NCBI GenBank assembly: GCA_937915075.1
Contig: CALDMA010000085.1
Location: forward strand, 1 to 49,034
Reading direction: 5' to 3'
DNA: 49,034 bases
Origin: an uncultured Oscillospiraceae bacterium
GTDB taxonomy: Bacteria; Bacillota; Clostridia; Oscillospirales; Oscillospiraceae
This document shows positions 1-9,622 of the stretch, piece after piece. The position numbers and the translations under genes are program-made. Position 1 is the stretch's first letter; each line of letters opens with the position of its first letter. The notes beneath the pieces are model-generated. The model saw only the letters and a list, made by a program, of their open reading frames with translations, did no database searches and had not been told where the DNA came from.

Positions 1-423
1 GACAAGGAAAAGTGCACCGACTGCGGCGCCTGCCGTGAGGCCTGCCCGCGTAAGCTGATCGTCGAGGTCCCCTACAAGCAGAAGGTGTTCGTCAACTGCG
101 CGAACAAGAACAAGGGTCCCGCTGTCACCAAGGTCTGCGCCAACTCCTGCATCGCCTGCGGTATGTGCGAGCGCACCTGCAAGTTCGACGCCATCCACGT
201 CGTCAACAACGTGGCTGTCATCGACTATACCAAGTGCCGCAACTGCACCATGTGCGCCAAGGCCTGCCCGAAGAACGCCATCGAACCCATTCCTACTCCC
301 GAGGAGAAGGAGAAGTTTAAGGCCGCGCAGAAGGCCATGGCCGAGAAGAAGGCCGCTGCCGCCAAGGCTGCTGCCGAAGCTGCCGCCGCTGCGAAGGCCG
401 CGGAGGCTCCGAAGGCCGAATAA
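1..423 (+). CDS. rnfB: RnfB-type electron transport polyferredoxin subunit, C-terminal part (5' truncated by window)
   Basis: Frame open from base 1: DKEKCTDCGACREACP...CIACGMCERTC...CRNCTMCAKACP (several 4Fe-4S motifs), then an Ala/Lys-rich tail. Confidence 0.8.
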   Translation, partial: DKEKCTDCGACREACPRKLIVEVPYKQKVFVNCANKNKGPAVTKVCANSCIACGMCERTCKFDAIHVVNNVAVIDYTKCRNCTMCAKACPKNAIEPIPTPEEKEKFKAAQKAMAEKKAAAAKAAAEAAAAAKAAEAPKAE

Positions 424-437
424 GGCATCCTATTGCG

Positions 438-481
438 AAAAGGAAGAGGAAAACCGTTTCCGGTTTTCCTCTTCCTTTTTT
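438..481 (+). terminator. Intrinsic terminator after rnfB
   Basis: Perfect inverted repeat aaaaggaagaggaaaaccg-tttc-cggttttcctcttcctttt ending in a T run. Confidence 0.9.
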
Positions 482-520
482 GTCCGCCCTTAGTTCACAA
501 ACTGTTTACACGCCGCCCTA

Positions 521-549
521 TTGACATTGGCATACACTGGTGGTACACT
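521..549 (+). promoter_or_regulatory. Sigma-A promoter of the hrcA/dnaK operon
   Basis: TTGACA (521-526), 17 bp spacer, TGg-TACACT (544-549). Confidence 0.85.
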
Positions 550-553
550 GCGT

Positions 554-580
554 TTAGCACTCGATGATAAGGAGTGCTAA
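554..580 (+). promoter_or_regulatory. CIRCE element (HrcA operator)
   Basis: Exact TTAGCACTC-N9-GAGTGCTAA directly upstream of hrcA. Confidence 0.98.
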
Positions 581-603
581 ATCTATGAGAGAAGGTCGGA
601 GGC

Positions 604-1650
604 ATGGAGCTGAGCGCACGCAAAAAGCAGATACTCAAGCGTGTGATCGAGGATTACATTGCCTCCGCCGAGCCGGTCGGCTCGAAGGCCATCGCGCAGG
701 AGATGGGCGGGAGCGTTTCCTCCGCCACCGTGCGCAACGAGCTCGCCGAGCTTTCTGACTTGGGCTACCTCGAGCAGCCGCACACCTCCGCCGGCCGCGT
801 GCCGTCCCCCAAGGGCTACCGGCTGTACGTCAACGAGCTGATGGAGCGGCGCGAGGTCTCCGAGGCGGAAGCGGAGGAGATCAACGAAACGCTGCAGGAT
901 AAAATGTCCGCCGCGGGCAGCATGATCTCGCAGGCCGGACAGATGGTATCCTCCATCGTCGATTATCCCGCCTACGCGGTCGCCGAGGGCAAAAGCGGCG
1001 TGACCGTCAAGCGCTTCGAGCTGCTGGGCGTGGACGATACGAGCTTCATCACCGTCGTGATGACAGACGACAGCCGCGTGAAATCCCAGCTGCAGCGCTC
1101 GCCGCTCGCGTTCGACCGCGCGCGGCTCACCGATCTGAGCGCCCTGCTCAACACGCACTTCACCAAGCAGTCCCGCGAGGAGATGAGCGCGAAGCTCATG
1201 GGGCTTTCCGATCAGATCGCGCCGGAGCTGTTTCTGGTTCTCTCCGCGACAGTTGGCTATGCCGCCGAAATTTTGGAGGAGGCCGCCAAAAAGGACGTGT
1301 TCACCACCGGCGCGAGCCAGATCCTGAAGATGCCCGAGTACCGCGACCTCGACAAGGCGCACGATTTGATGACGTTCTTTGTGGACAACAAGGAAAATCT
1401 TCCGGTTCCCGAGGACGACACCCCGCTGAAGATCCTCATCGGACCGGAAAACGTCAACGAGGCACTGCGCGACACGAGCGTCGTCGTCGCCAGCTATGAC
1501 ATCGGCGGCGGGATGCGCGGGTTGGTCGGTGTGGTCGGCCCCACAAGAATGGATTACGCCACCGTGACCGCACGGTTGAGCTACTTTGCAGACAGTCTGA
1601 CGCGGATGTTCGGAAAAAGCGAGCTTCCGCCCAAGGAAGAGAAGGAGTAA
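604..1650 (+). CDS. hrcA: Heat-inducible transcription repressor HrcA
   Basis: EPVGSK, SSATVRNE, QPHTSAGRVPS and GVVGPTRMDY motifs; CIRCE upstream. Confidence 0.97.
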   Translation: MELSARKKQILKRVIEDYIASAEPVGSKAIAQEMGGSVSSATVRNELAELSDLGYLEQPHTSAGRVPSPKGYRLYVNELMERREVSEAEAEEINETLQDKMSAAGSMISQAGQMVSSIVDYPAYAVAEGKSGVTVKRFELLGVDDTSFITVVMTDDSRVKSQLQRSPLAFDRARLTDLSALLNTHFTKQSREEMSAKLMGLSDQIAPELFLVLSATVGYAAEILEEAAKKDVFTTGASQILKMPEYRDLDKAHDLMTFFVDNKENLPVPEDDTPLKILIGPENVNEALRDTSVVVASYDIGGGMRGLVGVVGPTRMDYATVTARLSYFADSLTRMFGKSELPPKEEKE

Positions 1651-1653
1651 GAA

Positions 1654-2244
1654 ATGCCAAAGAAGGATAAGCAGAACGCACAGCCCGAGACCCCCGAAAA
1701 GGAGCCGCAGGCCGCGGCTGCCGAGGAAAAGGAGCTCCCCCCCGAGGATAAGAAGGAGGAGGCCAAGGCCGAGACCTTCACCGTCACGCGCGAGCAGATG
1801 GAGAAGATGGAGGGCCTTGCCAAGCAGCTTGCCGAGGAGCACGACCAGTATCTGCGGCTCGCCGCCGAATACGATAACTACCGCAAGCGCACCGCCAAGG
1901 AAAAGGAAGGCATCTACGCCAACGCGAAGATCGACACCATCAAGGGTATGCTTCCGGTATACGACAATCTCGAGCGCGGCCTCGCCCAGTTCGGCGCGGA
2001 GGACGACGATCCCCACAAGAAGGGGCTTGAGATGATCTTCAACCAATACAAAGAAGCGCTCACGAAGCTCGGCGTCACGCCGATCGACTGTGTGGGCAAG
2101 GAATTTGATCCCGAGCGACACAACGCCGTGATGCACATTGAGGACGAGAGCTGCGGCGAAAATACCGTGGTCGAGGTCCTGCAGCAGGGCTTCATGCTCG
2201 GCGACAAGGTGCTGCGCTTCGCGATCGTCAAGGTCGCCAATTAA
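1654..2244 (+). CDS. grpE: Nucleotide exchange factor GrpE
   Basis: RLAAEYDNYRKR, FDPERHNAV, GFMLGDKVLRFAIVKV. Confidence 0.97.
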   Translation: MPKKDKQNAQPETPEKEPQAAAAEEKELPPEDKKEEAKAETFTVTREQMEKMEGLAKQLAEEHDQYLRLAAEYDNYRKRTAKEKEGIYANAKIDTIKGMLPVYDNLERGLAQFGAEDDDPHKKGLEMIFNQYKEALTKLGVTPIDCVGKEFDPERHNAVMHIEDESCGENTVVEVLQQGFMLGDKVLRFAIVKVAN

Positions 2245-2289
2245 CCTCGTAAACAAATAAAATTAAGATAGATTCAGGAGGACAAAATT

Positions 2290-4152
2290 ATGTCTAAAGT
2301 CATCGGTATTGATTTAGGTACTACCAATAGCTGCGTTGCCGTTATGGAAGGCGGCGAAGCCGTCGTGATCCCCAACGCGGAGGGCAACCGCACCACACCG
2401 TCCGTCGTCGCGTTCTCCAAGACCGGCGAGCGTATGGTCGGCCAGGTCGCCAAGCGTCAGGCCATCACCAACCCCGACCGCACCATCTCCTCCATCAAGC
2501 GTGAGATGGGCACGGATCACAAGGTCACCATCGACGGCAAGGCCTACACCCCGCAGGAGATCAGCGCGATGATCCTGCAGAAGCTCAAGAGCGACGCCGA
2601 AGCCTATCTGGGTCAGACCGTCACCGAGGCGGTCATCACCGTTCCTGCGTACTTCACCGACTCCCAGCGTCAGGCCACCAAGGACGCCGGCAAGATCGCC
2701 GGTCTTGAGGTCAAGCGTATCATCAACGAGCCGACTGCTGCCGCCCTCGCCTACGGCGTGGATAAGGAGCAGAGCCAGAAGGTCATGGTCTACGACCTCG
2801 GCGGCGGCACGTTCGACGTCTCCATCCTCGACATCGACGACGGCGTGATCGAGGTTCTTGCCACCGCCGGCAACAACCGCCTCGGCGGCGACGACTTCGA
2901 CGAGTGCATCATGAAGTGGATGGTCAGCGAGTTCAAGCGCACCGACGGCGTGGACCTCAGCGGCGACAAGGTCGCCATGCAGCGCCTGAAGGAAGCCGCC
3001 GAGAAAGCCAAGATCGAGCTGTCCGGCGTGACCTCCACCAACATCAACCTGCCCTATATCACCGCCGACGCCACCGGCCCGAAGCACCTCGACCTCACCC
3101 TCACCCGCGCGAAGTTCAACGAGCTGACCGCGCATCTGGTCGAGGCGACCGCCGGCCCCGTCAAGCAGGCCATGAGCGACGCCGGTCTCACCGGAAACGA
3201 TATCCACAAGGTCCTGATGGTGGGCGGCTCCAGCCGTATCCCTGCCGTGCAGGAAATGGTCAAGAAGCTCACCGGCAAGGAAGGCTTCAAGGGCATCAAC
3301 CCCGACGAGTGCGTCGCCATGGGCGCGGCTCTTCAGGCGGGCGTGCTGACCGGCGACGTCAAGGGCCTGCTGCTGCTCGACGTCACTCCGCTGAGCCTCG
3401 GCATCGAGACCATGGGCGGCGTGTGCACCAAGCTCATCGACCGCAACACCACCATCCCCGTGAAGAAGAGCCAGATCTTCTCCACCGCCGCCGACAACCA
3501 GACTTCCGTGGAGGTCAACGTCCTGCAGGGTGAGCGTGAGATGGCCGCCGCCAACAAGAGCCTCGGCCGTTTCCACCTCGACGGCATTGCTCCGGCGCGC
3601 CGCGGCGTGCCGCAGATCGAGGTCACCTTTGATATCGACGCGAACGGCATCGTGAACGTCAGCGCGAAGGATCTCGGCACCGGCAAGGAGCAGCACATCA
3701 CCATCACCTCCTCCACCAATATGAGCAAGGAGGATATCGAGAAGGCCGTCAAGGAAGCGGAGCAGTATGCCGCCGAGGACGCCAAGGTCAAGGAAAAGGT
3801 CGAGGTCCGCAACCAGGCTGACCAGATGGTTTACCAGAGCGAGAAGACCCTCGGCGAGGTGGGCGACAAGATCCCCGCGGACGAGAAGAGCAAGGTCCAG
3901 GCGGGCATCGACAAGCTCAAGGAAACCCTCAAGGGCGACGACACCGACGCCATCAAGGCCGCGACCGAGGAGCTCACGCAGCTCTTCTACGCGATGAGCG
4001 AGAAGCTCTACCAGCAGGCGAACCCGCAGGGCACGCAGGGCGCAGGTCCCGACATGGGCGGCGCACAGGGCGGCGCTCAGACCAGCCCCGACGGTCAGCA
4101 GTATTACGACGCCGACTACAAGGTGGTTGACGACGACGAGAACAAGAAGTAA
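2290..4152 (+). CDS. dnaK: Chaperone DnaK
   Basis: [30 protein letters not shown]. Confidence 0.99.
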   Translation: MSKVIGIDLGTTNSCVAVMEGGEAVVIPNAEGNRTTPSVVAFSKTGERMVGQVAKRQAITNPDRTISSIKREMGTDHKVTIDGKAYTPQEISAMILQKLKSDAEAYLGQTVTEAVITVPAYFTDSQRQATKDAGKIAGLEVKRIINEPTAAALAYGVDKEQSQKVMVYDLGGGTFDVSILDIDDGVIEVLATAGNNRLGGDDFDECIMKWMVSEFKRTDGVDLSGDKVAMQRLKEAAEKAKIELSGVTSTNINLPYITADATGPKHLDLTLTRAKFNELTAHLVEATAGPVKQAMSDAGLTGNDIHKVLMVGGSSRIPAVQEMVKKLTGKEGFKGINPDECVAMGAALQAGVLTGDVKGLLLLDVTPLSLGIETMGGVCTKLIDRNTTIPVKKSQIFSTAADNQTSVEVNVLQGEREMAAANKSLGRFHLDGIAPARRGVPQIEVTFDIDANGIVNVSAKDLGTGKEQHITITSSTNMSKEDIEKAVKEAEQYAAEDAKVKEKVEVRNQADQMVYQSEKTLGEVGDKIPADEKSKVQAGIDKLKETLKGDDTDAIKAATEELTQLFYAMSEKLYQQANPQGTQGAGPDMGGAQGGAQTSPDGQQYYDADYKVVDDDENKK

Positions 4153-4166
4153 AATAGACCAACCAA

Positions 4167-4210
4167 CGCAGCGGGGACAGTATTCTACTGCCCCCGATTG
4201 CGGCGTTTTT
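4167..4210 (+). terminator. Hairpin between dnaK and dnaJ (partial terminator or mRNA stabiliser)
   Basis: cggggacagta-ttc-tactgcccccg stem with one mismatch, followed shortly by a T run. Confidence 0.55.
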
Positions 4211-4223
4211 AGGAGCATAGTCT

Positions 4224-5363
4224 ATGGCTGAGAATAAAAGAGACTATTATGAGGTCCTCGGCGTCTCCAAGGGCGCTTCCGAGGACGAGATCAAAAAAGC
4301 ATATAAAAAGCTGGCGCGGAAGTACCACCCGGACATGAACCCCGGCGACAAGGAGGCCGAGGAGAAGTTCAAGGAGGTCAACGAGGCCAACGAGGTGCTC
4401 TCCGATCCCGAGAAGAAGGCGCGCTACGACCAGTTCGGTTTTGCCGGCGTGGACCCGAGCTACGGCGCGGGTGCGGGCGGCGGAGCCTACAGCGCGGGCG
4501 GCTTCGACTTCGGCGACCTCGGCGACATCTTCGGCAGCTTTTTCGGCGGCGGCTTCGGCGGCACGCGGGCAAACCCCAACGCGCCGCAGCGCGGCGAAAG
4601 CCTGCGCACAAGCGTCACCATCAGCTTTGAAGAGGCTGCCTTCGGCTGCGAAAAGGAGATAAGCATCGAGCGCGTTGAGCAGTGCGACACCTGCCGCGGC
4701 ACGGGCTGCGAAAAGGGTACGACCGCCGAGGTCTGCCCCGACTGCCGCGGCACCGGTGTCGTACAGCAGCGCCGCCAGACGCCGCTCGGCTTCATGTCCA
4801 CCTCCGCGCCCTGCGGGCGCTGCGGCGGCAAGGGCAGGATCATCCACCAGCCCTGCAAGGCCTGCCACGGCAGCGGTCAGCTCCGCCGCCGCAAGACGCT
4901 CAAGGTCACCATCCCCGCGGGCATCGACAACGGGCAGACCATCTCCCTGCGCGGGCAGGGCAACGCCGGCAGGAACGGCGGCCCGGCGGGCGATCTGCTG
5001 ATCGTCATTGCCGTGCGTCCGCATGAGATCTTCCGCCGCGAGGGCACGAGCGTGCTGTGCGAGGCGCCCATCACCTTCACACAGGCGGTGCTCGGCGCGG
5101 AGCTGGAGATCCCGACCATCGACGGCAAGGTGAAGTATTCCATCCCCGAGGGCACGCAGAGCGGCACGACCTTCCGTCTCAAGGGCAAGGGCATCCCCGG
5201 TCTGAACGGCCGCGCGCGCGGCGACCAGTATGTGACCGTTTACATCGAGACCCCGCGCAACCTCAACCGCGAGCAGAAGGAGGCCCTGCGCAAGTTCAGC
5301 GACACGCTCGGCGAGAGCAACTATGAGCAGCGCAAGAGCTTCTTCGGGAAATTCAAGCTATGA
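4224..5363 (+). CDS. dnaJ: Chaperone DnaJ
   Basis: J domain with HPD, G/F region, four CxxCxGxG repeats. Confidence 0.99.
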   Translation: MAENKRDYYEVLGVSKGASEDEIKKAYKKLARKYHPDMNPGDKEAEEKFKEVNEANEVLSDPEKKARYDQFGFAGVDPSYGAGAGGGAYSAGGFDFGDLGDIFGSFFGGGFGGTRANPNAPQRGESLRTSVTISFEEAAFGCEKEISIERVEQCDTCRGTGCEKGTTAEVCPDCRGTGVVQQRRQTPLGFMSTSAPCGRCGGKGRIIHQPCKACHGSGQLRRRKTLKVTIPAGIDNGQTISLRGQGNAGRNGGPAGDLLIVIAVRPHEIFRREGTSVLCEAPITFTQAVLGAELEIPTIDGKVKYSIPEGTQSGTTFRLKGKGIPGLNGRARGDQYVTVYIETPRNLNREQKEALRKFSDTLGESNYEQRKSFFGKFKL

Positions 5364-6196
5364 GAAACGGACATTTCATCACCGATTACCATTGCCATTC
5401 CACCATCTCGCCCGACGGGCACAACACCATGCGTGAAATGGCGGAGGCCGCGGTGCGGCTGGGCGTAGACGATCTGTGCTTCACCGACCATGTCGAGCCC
5501 CTGCCGTGGGACCGCTGGAATGAACCGCCCAAGGCGAAGCACAGCTATGACTGGGCTCCCATGCTCGCGCAGTTTCGCGAGGCGCAGGAGGCCGTCGGCG
5601 GCCGCATCAAGCTGCACATGGGCTCGGAGCTGGGCGAATGCTCCTTTGCTCCCGACGTGGCGGACAGCTTTTTGGACGACGCGCCGCCGCTGGACTTCAC
5701 CATCGGCTCGGTCCACTGCTACCGCACGGCCTCGGGCGAGGTCAACGACCTTACCTGGATCACGAGCACCGATCCCGCGGTGTGGTACGCCGCCTGCGAG
5801 AGCTACTTTGAGGAGATGGAAAAGCTGATCGACTGGGGCCGCTTTCAGGTCCTCGGACACATCACCCTCCCGCTGCGCTGGGCGAAGGAGCTGCGTGGCG
5901 TGGAGCTGGATTTCGACCGCTACGAGGAGCAGCTGCGCCATGTGATGCGCCGCGCCATCGAAAAGGGACTCGGCATCGAGTGCAACACCAACCGCGGCCA
6001 TCTCCCCCTGCCGGACGGCAAATGGCTCAGGCTCTACCACGAGCTCGGCGGCGAGCTCATCACCCTTGGCAGCGACGCCCACACGCCGGAGTACGTTTCC
6101 TGCGCGATGGAGGAGCGGCAGGCGCTGCTCAAGGACTGCGGTCTGCGCTACTTTGCGACCTACGAGCGGAAAAAGCCCATTTTTCACAAAATTTAA
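5360..6196 (+). CDS. PHP-family histidinol-phosphatase-like protein (HisJ/HisK family)
   Basis: DYHCHS, FTDH, IGSVH and GSDAH metal-binding motifs; ATGA overlap with the dnaJ stop. Confidence 0.85.
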   Translation: MRNGHFITDYHCHSTISPDGHNTMREMAEAAVRLGVDDLCFTDHVEPLPWDRWNEPPKAKHSYDWAPMLAQFREAQEAVGGRIKLHMGSELGECSFAPDVADSFLDDAPPLDFTIGSVHCYRTASGEVNDLTWITSTDPAVWYAACESYFEEMEKLIDWGRFQVLGHITLPLRWAKELRGVELDFDRYEEQLRHVMRRAIEKGLGIECNTNRGHLPLPDGKWLRLYHELGGELITLGSDAHTPEYVSCAMEERQALLKDCGLRYFATYERKKPIFHKI

Positions 6197-6213
6197 CGAT
6201 AGGAGAACGAACG

Positions 6214-6651
6214 ATGAAAATTTCTCTCGGCTGCGATCACGGCGGCTACGCCCTCAAGGAGCACATCAAGGCATATCTGGAGTCCAAGGGCCACGAGGTC
6301 GTGGACTGCGGCACCTATTCCACCGACAGCTGCGACTATCCCATCTTCGGCGAGGCCGCGGCCCGCAAGGTCCAGAGCGGTGAGTGCGAGCGCGGCATCG
6401 TCATCTGCACCACCGGCATCGGCATTTCCATCGCCGCCAACAAGGTTAAGGGCGTCCTCGGCGCGCGGTGCAGTGGCCGGTGGGGCGGGGGATTGCCCGG
6501 CCGCCATAACAACGCCAATATGCTCGCCATGGGCGCCGGCATGATCGGCAAAAATATGGCCGAGCGCATCGTTGAGGTCTTCCTCTCCACCGAATTCGAG
6601 GGCGGCCGCCACGAGCGCCGCGTCGGTCTGCTGAACGCCATTGAGGGCTGA
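6214..6651 (+). CDS. rpiB: Ribose-5-phosphate isomerase B
   Basis: GCDHGG, DYP, CTTGIG, HNNAN, FEGGRHERR; AGGAG RBS before ATG 6214. Confidence 0.93.
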   Translation: MKISLGCDHGGYALKEHIKAYLESKGHEVVDCGTYSTDSCDYPIFGEAAARKVQSGECERGIVICTTGIGISIAANKVKGVLGARCSGRWGGGLPGRHNNANMLAMGAGMIGKNMAERIVEVFLSTEFEGGRHERRVGLLNAIEG

Positions 6652-6668
6652 GATCGGAAAATTCGACG

Positions 6669-6704
6669 AAAATCAACAGGAATTTACGAATTCCTGTTGA
6701 TTTT
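6669..6704 (+). terminator. Inverted repeat/terminator after rpiB, overlapping a candidate promoter (TTGATT 6697, TAAAAT 6720)
   Basis: aaaatcaacaggaatt-tacg-aattcctgttgatttt. Confidence 0.7.
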
Positions 6705-6756
6705 CTTTTCTCATGCTTGTAAAATGTCCGTACAGCTTGAAAGGCAGGTGAGACGG

Positions 6757-7836
6757 ATGCCATCGACAAAGGGATACCGCAGCTACCACGGCAAGGGCGG
6801 CGCAGGGCGGATCGTACTGATCGTGCTGCTGTGCCTGATTTTGCTCGCGGCGGTCGGCTTTCTGGTCCTGCAGCGCTACGCGGTGTATGGCTCCGACGGC
6901 AGCATCCGCTTTGACCTGCCGTGGAAGCAGGCCGAGGAACCGACCGATCCCTCCGCGACCGACAGCGGGAGCAGGACGCCGGATGCTCCCGGCGATACCC
7001 CCGATGTCGTTATCGACGAGCCCGAGCCGCCGGCCAAGCCGGAGCTTACGGAGCTTCAGGGTGCCGAGCTGAGCGAAAGCGTGCTGCGCGGCAGTACGGA
7101 CGCAGCTCTTGCCGCGATCCCCGAGGGCGCAAATGCCGTCGCGCTGCGTGTGAAAAACGCGCGGGGCGAGCTGCTGTACGCCTCCGCCCTGCAGGAAGCC
7201 ATCGACGTCAATGCCGTCAAGGGCGGCAGCGGCGCGAATGCCGTCATTGAGGCGCTGACCGGGAGCGAGGTCTACACCATCGCCCGCATCAACGCCACGC
7301 ACGACAGTCTCTATTCCTTTGCTCACATGGCTGACGCCGGTGTGCTGCAGCTCAACTACGCCGGCTACATCTGGTACGATCCCGACAGCACCTTTTATCT
7401 TGCGCCGGAAAAGCCCGCCGCGCGGCAGTACATCGTCTCCGTCGCGCGCGAATGTGCGGAGCTTGGCTTTGATGAGCTGCTTTTTGACGAGTTCGGCTAT
7501 CCCACCCGCGGGCGGCTCAACAACATCGACGAATCCGCGCGCACATTGTCCAAGAGCGCCGCGCTCACGCAGCTCGCGGAGGAGCTTCGCAGCGGGACGG
7601 AGGCATACGGCATCCGCCTTTCCGTGCAGCTTGACGCGGCGACCGTGCTCGCCGGCGGAAACGAGACGGCGGGGCAGGACCTCGCCGCGCTTGCCGCGGT
7701 CTTCGACCGCATCTATGTGGAAACGACGGCGGAGCAGCTCCCCGCGCTCACCGCGGCGCTGGAGCCGTATGACGCCGAGCTGGTGCCCATTCTCAGCGAA
7801 GCGCCCGCCGAGGGCAGCTATCTGCTGACAGCTTGA
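6757..7836 (+). CDS. Membrane-anchored putative glycoside hydrolase (DUF4015-like TIM barrel)
   Basis: N-terminal TM segment, Pro/Asp linker, LGFDELLFDEFGYP motif. Confidence 0.65.
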   Translation: MPSTKGYRSYHGKGGAGRIVLIVLLCLILLAAVGFLVLQRYAVYGSDGSIRFDLPWKQAEEPTDPSATDSGSRTPDAPGDTPDVVIDEPEPPAKPELTELQGAELSESVLRGSTDAALAAIPEGANAVALRVKNARGELLYASALQEAIDVNAVKGGSGANAVIEALTGSEVYTIARINATHDSLYSFAHMADAGVLQLNYAGYIWYDPDSTFYLAPEKPAARQYIVSVARECAELGFDELLFDEFGYPTRGRLNNIDESARTLSKSAALTQLAEELRSGTEAYGIRLSVQLDAATVLAGGNETAGQDLAALAAVFDRIYVETTAEQLPALTAALEPYDAELVPILSEAPAEGSYLLTA

Positions 7837-7840
7837 AGAT

Positions 7841-7878
7841 AAAACGGAACGGTAAGCGATGCTTACCGTTCCGTTTTT
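7841..7878. terminator. Bidirectional intrinsic terminator between convergent genes
   Basis: aaaacggaacggtaagc-gat-gcttaccgttccgtttt. Confidence 0.9.
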
Positions 7879-7888
7879 CCCGTATCGA

Positions 7889-8665
7889 TCAGACCTCGAA
7901 GCTCTCTCCGTCCGCCGTGATGCGCATGACGCGCGCGGCAAGCGCGGGATATGCCGCGCGGAAGCGGTCGATGGCCTCGAACTTTTTCCACAGGTGCATG
8001 GGGAAGGCGTGGAGGACCTCGACGTTTTTCAGCAGCCATTCCAGTCCGAGCCCCTCGGCCTCCTCGCCCAGACGCGGGTCGAGCGGCGCCATCGCCGCCG
8101 TGATCGCGGGCGCGATGCCGTTGTCCGCCGCCTCGTCACGCACGGCGGAGGCGAGCTTTTCCATGGCGGCCTTGTAGTGGACGGCCATATTATTGCAGTA
8201 TGCCTTGCCCTCGCTCTCCCAATGCCACCAGTTCAGGTCTCCGCCGTGGTAGACCATCTTCCCCTCGGCGCGGAGCAGATAGGCGTTGCCGATGTCGGTG
8301 GACTTGATGGCGCGGATGCTCAGCTCCTCACCCGCGGCCTCCGTGAGCAGAATGCTGTCGGGCCGCAGAATGGTCGTGCGTGCAAAGGCTTCATCGGAGA
8401 TGCCCAGCCACTTGCGGCGGCGCTCGGTCAGGCGCGTGTCGCGCGAGACAAAAAACTGCGTGAGCGGGTATTGCTCCAGCAGGCCGAACACCTTCCCGTC
8501 AAAATGGTCCTCATGGCTGTGGCTGGAAAAGACCAGCAGCGGCTTTTGGGGATCGAACGGCGGCAGCGTGCCGGTGTAGTCCGGCTCATAAACGTAGTCG
8601 AACAGCGTATAAAACTTATCCCACTCGACGAGAAACGCGCTGTGGGCGATGAATGTGATCTTCAT
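7889..8665 (-). CDS. MBL-fold metallo-hydrolase
   Basis: MKITFIAHSAFLVE, SHSHEDH, YHGGDLN, FPMH; GGAG RBS upstream of 8665. Confidence 0.85.
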   Translation of the reverse strand: MKITFIAHSAFLVEWDKFYTLFDYVYEPDYTGTLPPFDPQKPLLVFSSHSHEDHFDGKVFGLLEQYPLTQFFVSRDTRLTERRRKWLGISDEAFARTTILRPDSILLTEAAGEELSIRAIKSTDIGNAYLLRAEGKMVYHGGDLNWWHWESEGKAYCNNMAVHYKAAMEKLASAVRDEAADNGIAPAITAAMAPLDPRLGEEAEGLGLEWLLKNVEVLHAFPMHLWKKFEAIDRFRAAYPALAARVMRITADGESFEV

Positions 8666-8694
8666 GGGAAGGACTCCTTTGCTCAGGTGCCGCC

Positions 8695-8745
8695 ATTGTA
8701 GCAGAAAAACTCCGTATTGGCAAGGGCGCGGCATTGTGCTATACT
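8695..8745. promoter_or_regulatory. Back-to-back sigma-A promoters with overlapping -35 boxes
   Basis: + strand: TTGGCA(8717)-17 bp-TATACT(8740); - strand: TTGCCA(8723-8718)-17 bp-TACAAT(8700-8695); both have TGc extensions. Confidence 0.7.
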
Positions 8746-8774
8746 GAAAAAAATACAGGCGGGAGAGGGCAGAG

Positions 8775-9608
8775 ATGCTGAAAAAAGCGTACATTGAGAT
8801 CACGAACCGCTGCAATCTGCGCTGCACATTCTGTCCCGGCACGAAGCGCGCGCCGCGCACGATGTCTCCCGCCGAATTTGACGGCGTGCTGGAGAAGCTG
8901 CAGGGCAGCATTTCCTATGTTTACCTGCACGTTATGGGTGAGCCGCTGAGCCATCCGCAGCTCGCGGAGCTGCTCTCCCTCGCCGCGGCGCGGGAGATGA
9001 AGGTCTGCATCACAACAAACGGCACCCTCCTCGCGCGGCAGACGGAGACACTGCTCACGGTCCCCACGCTCCACAAGGTCAGCGTCTCGCTCCACAGCTT
9101 TGAGGGGAACGACGGCGCGCGGGAGCGCGAGCGGCAGTACTTAGATGAGGTCTGGGCCTTTGCCGACCGCGCCGCCGCGCAGGGCGTCATCGTCGCGCTG
9201 CGGCTGTGGAACGAGGGCGGCGCGGAGACGCGCAACGGCGCGATCGAAGCCTTTCTTCACGAAAAATGTCCCGGCGAGTGGCCCGAGCCGCGCGGCGGCA
9301 GCTTCCGCCTGCGGGACAATTTGTATCTTGAGCGCGCGAAAAAATTTGACTGGCCCGACCTCGGCGCACGGGAGCGCGGCACGCAGTTCTGCTACGGTCT
9401 GCGCGACCAGCTCGGCGTGCTCGCCGACGGCACGGTGGTGCCGTGCTGTCTCGACCACGAGGGCGACATTGCGCTGGGGAATTTGTTTACGCAGCCGCTT
9501 GCGGAAATTCTGCAAAGCGAACGCGCGTGCGCGTTGCGCGAGGGCTTTTCGCGCCGCTGCCCGAGCGAGGCGCTCTGCCGCCGCTGCGGCTTCGCCGCGC
9601 GCTTTTGA
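8775..9608 (+). CDS. Radical SAM protein with SPASM/twitch domain
   Basis: CNLRCTFC, GEPL, TTNG; C-terminal FCYG...VVPCC...CRRC. Confidence 0.88.
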   Translation: MLKKAYIEITNRCNLRCTFCPGTKRAPRTMSPAEFDGVLEKLQGSISYVYLHVMGEPLSHPQLAELLSLAAAREMKVCITTNGTLLARQTETLLTVPTLHKVSVSLHSFEGNDGARERERQYLDEVWAFADRAAAQGVIVALRLWNEGGAETRNGAIEAFLHEKCPGEWPEPRGGSFRLRDNLYLERAKKFDWPDLGARERGTQFCYGLRDQLGVLADGTVVPCCLDHEGDIALGNLFTQPLAEILQSERACALREGFSRRCPSEALCRRCGFAARF

Positions 9609-9622
9609 CCGATAGGAGAAGC

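Noticed and set aside
8775..9608. Radical SAM/SPASM protein as a RiPP maturase
   Set aside because: No precursor peptide, RRE domain or exporter is visible nearby, and the neighbours are DNA repair and nucleotide metabolism genes.
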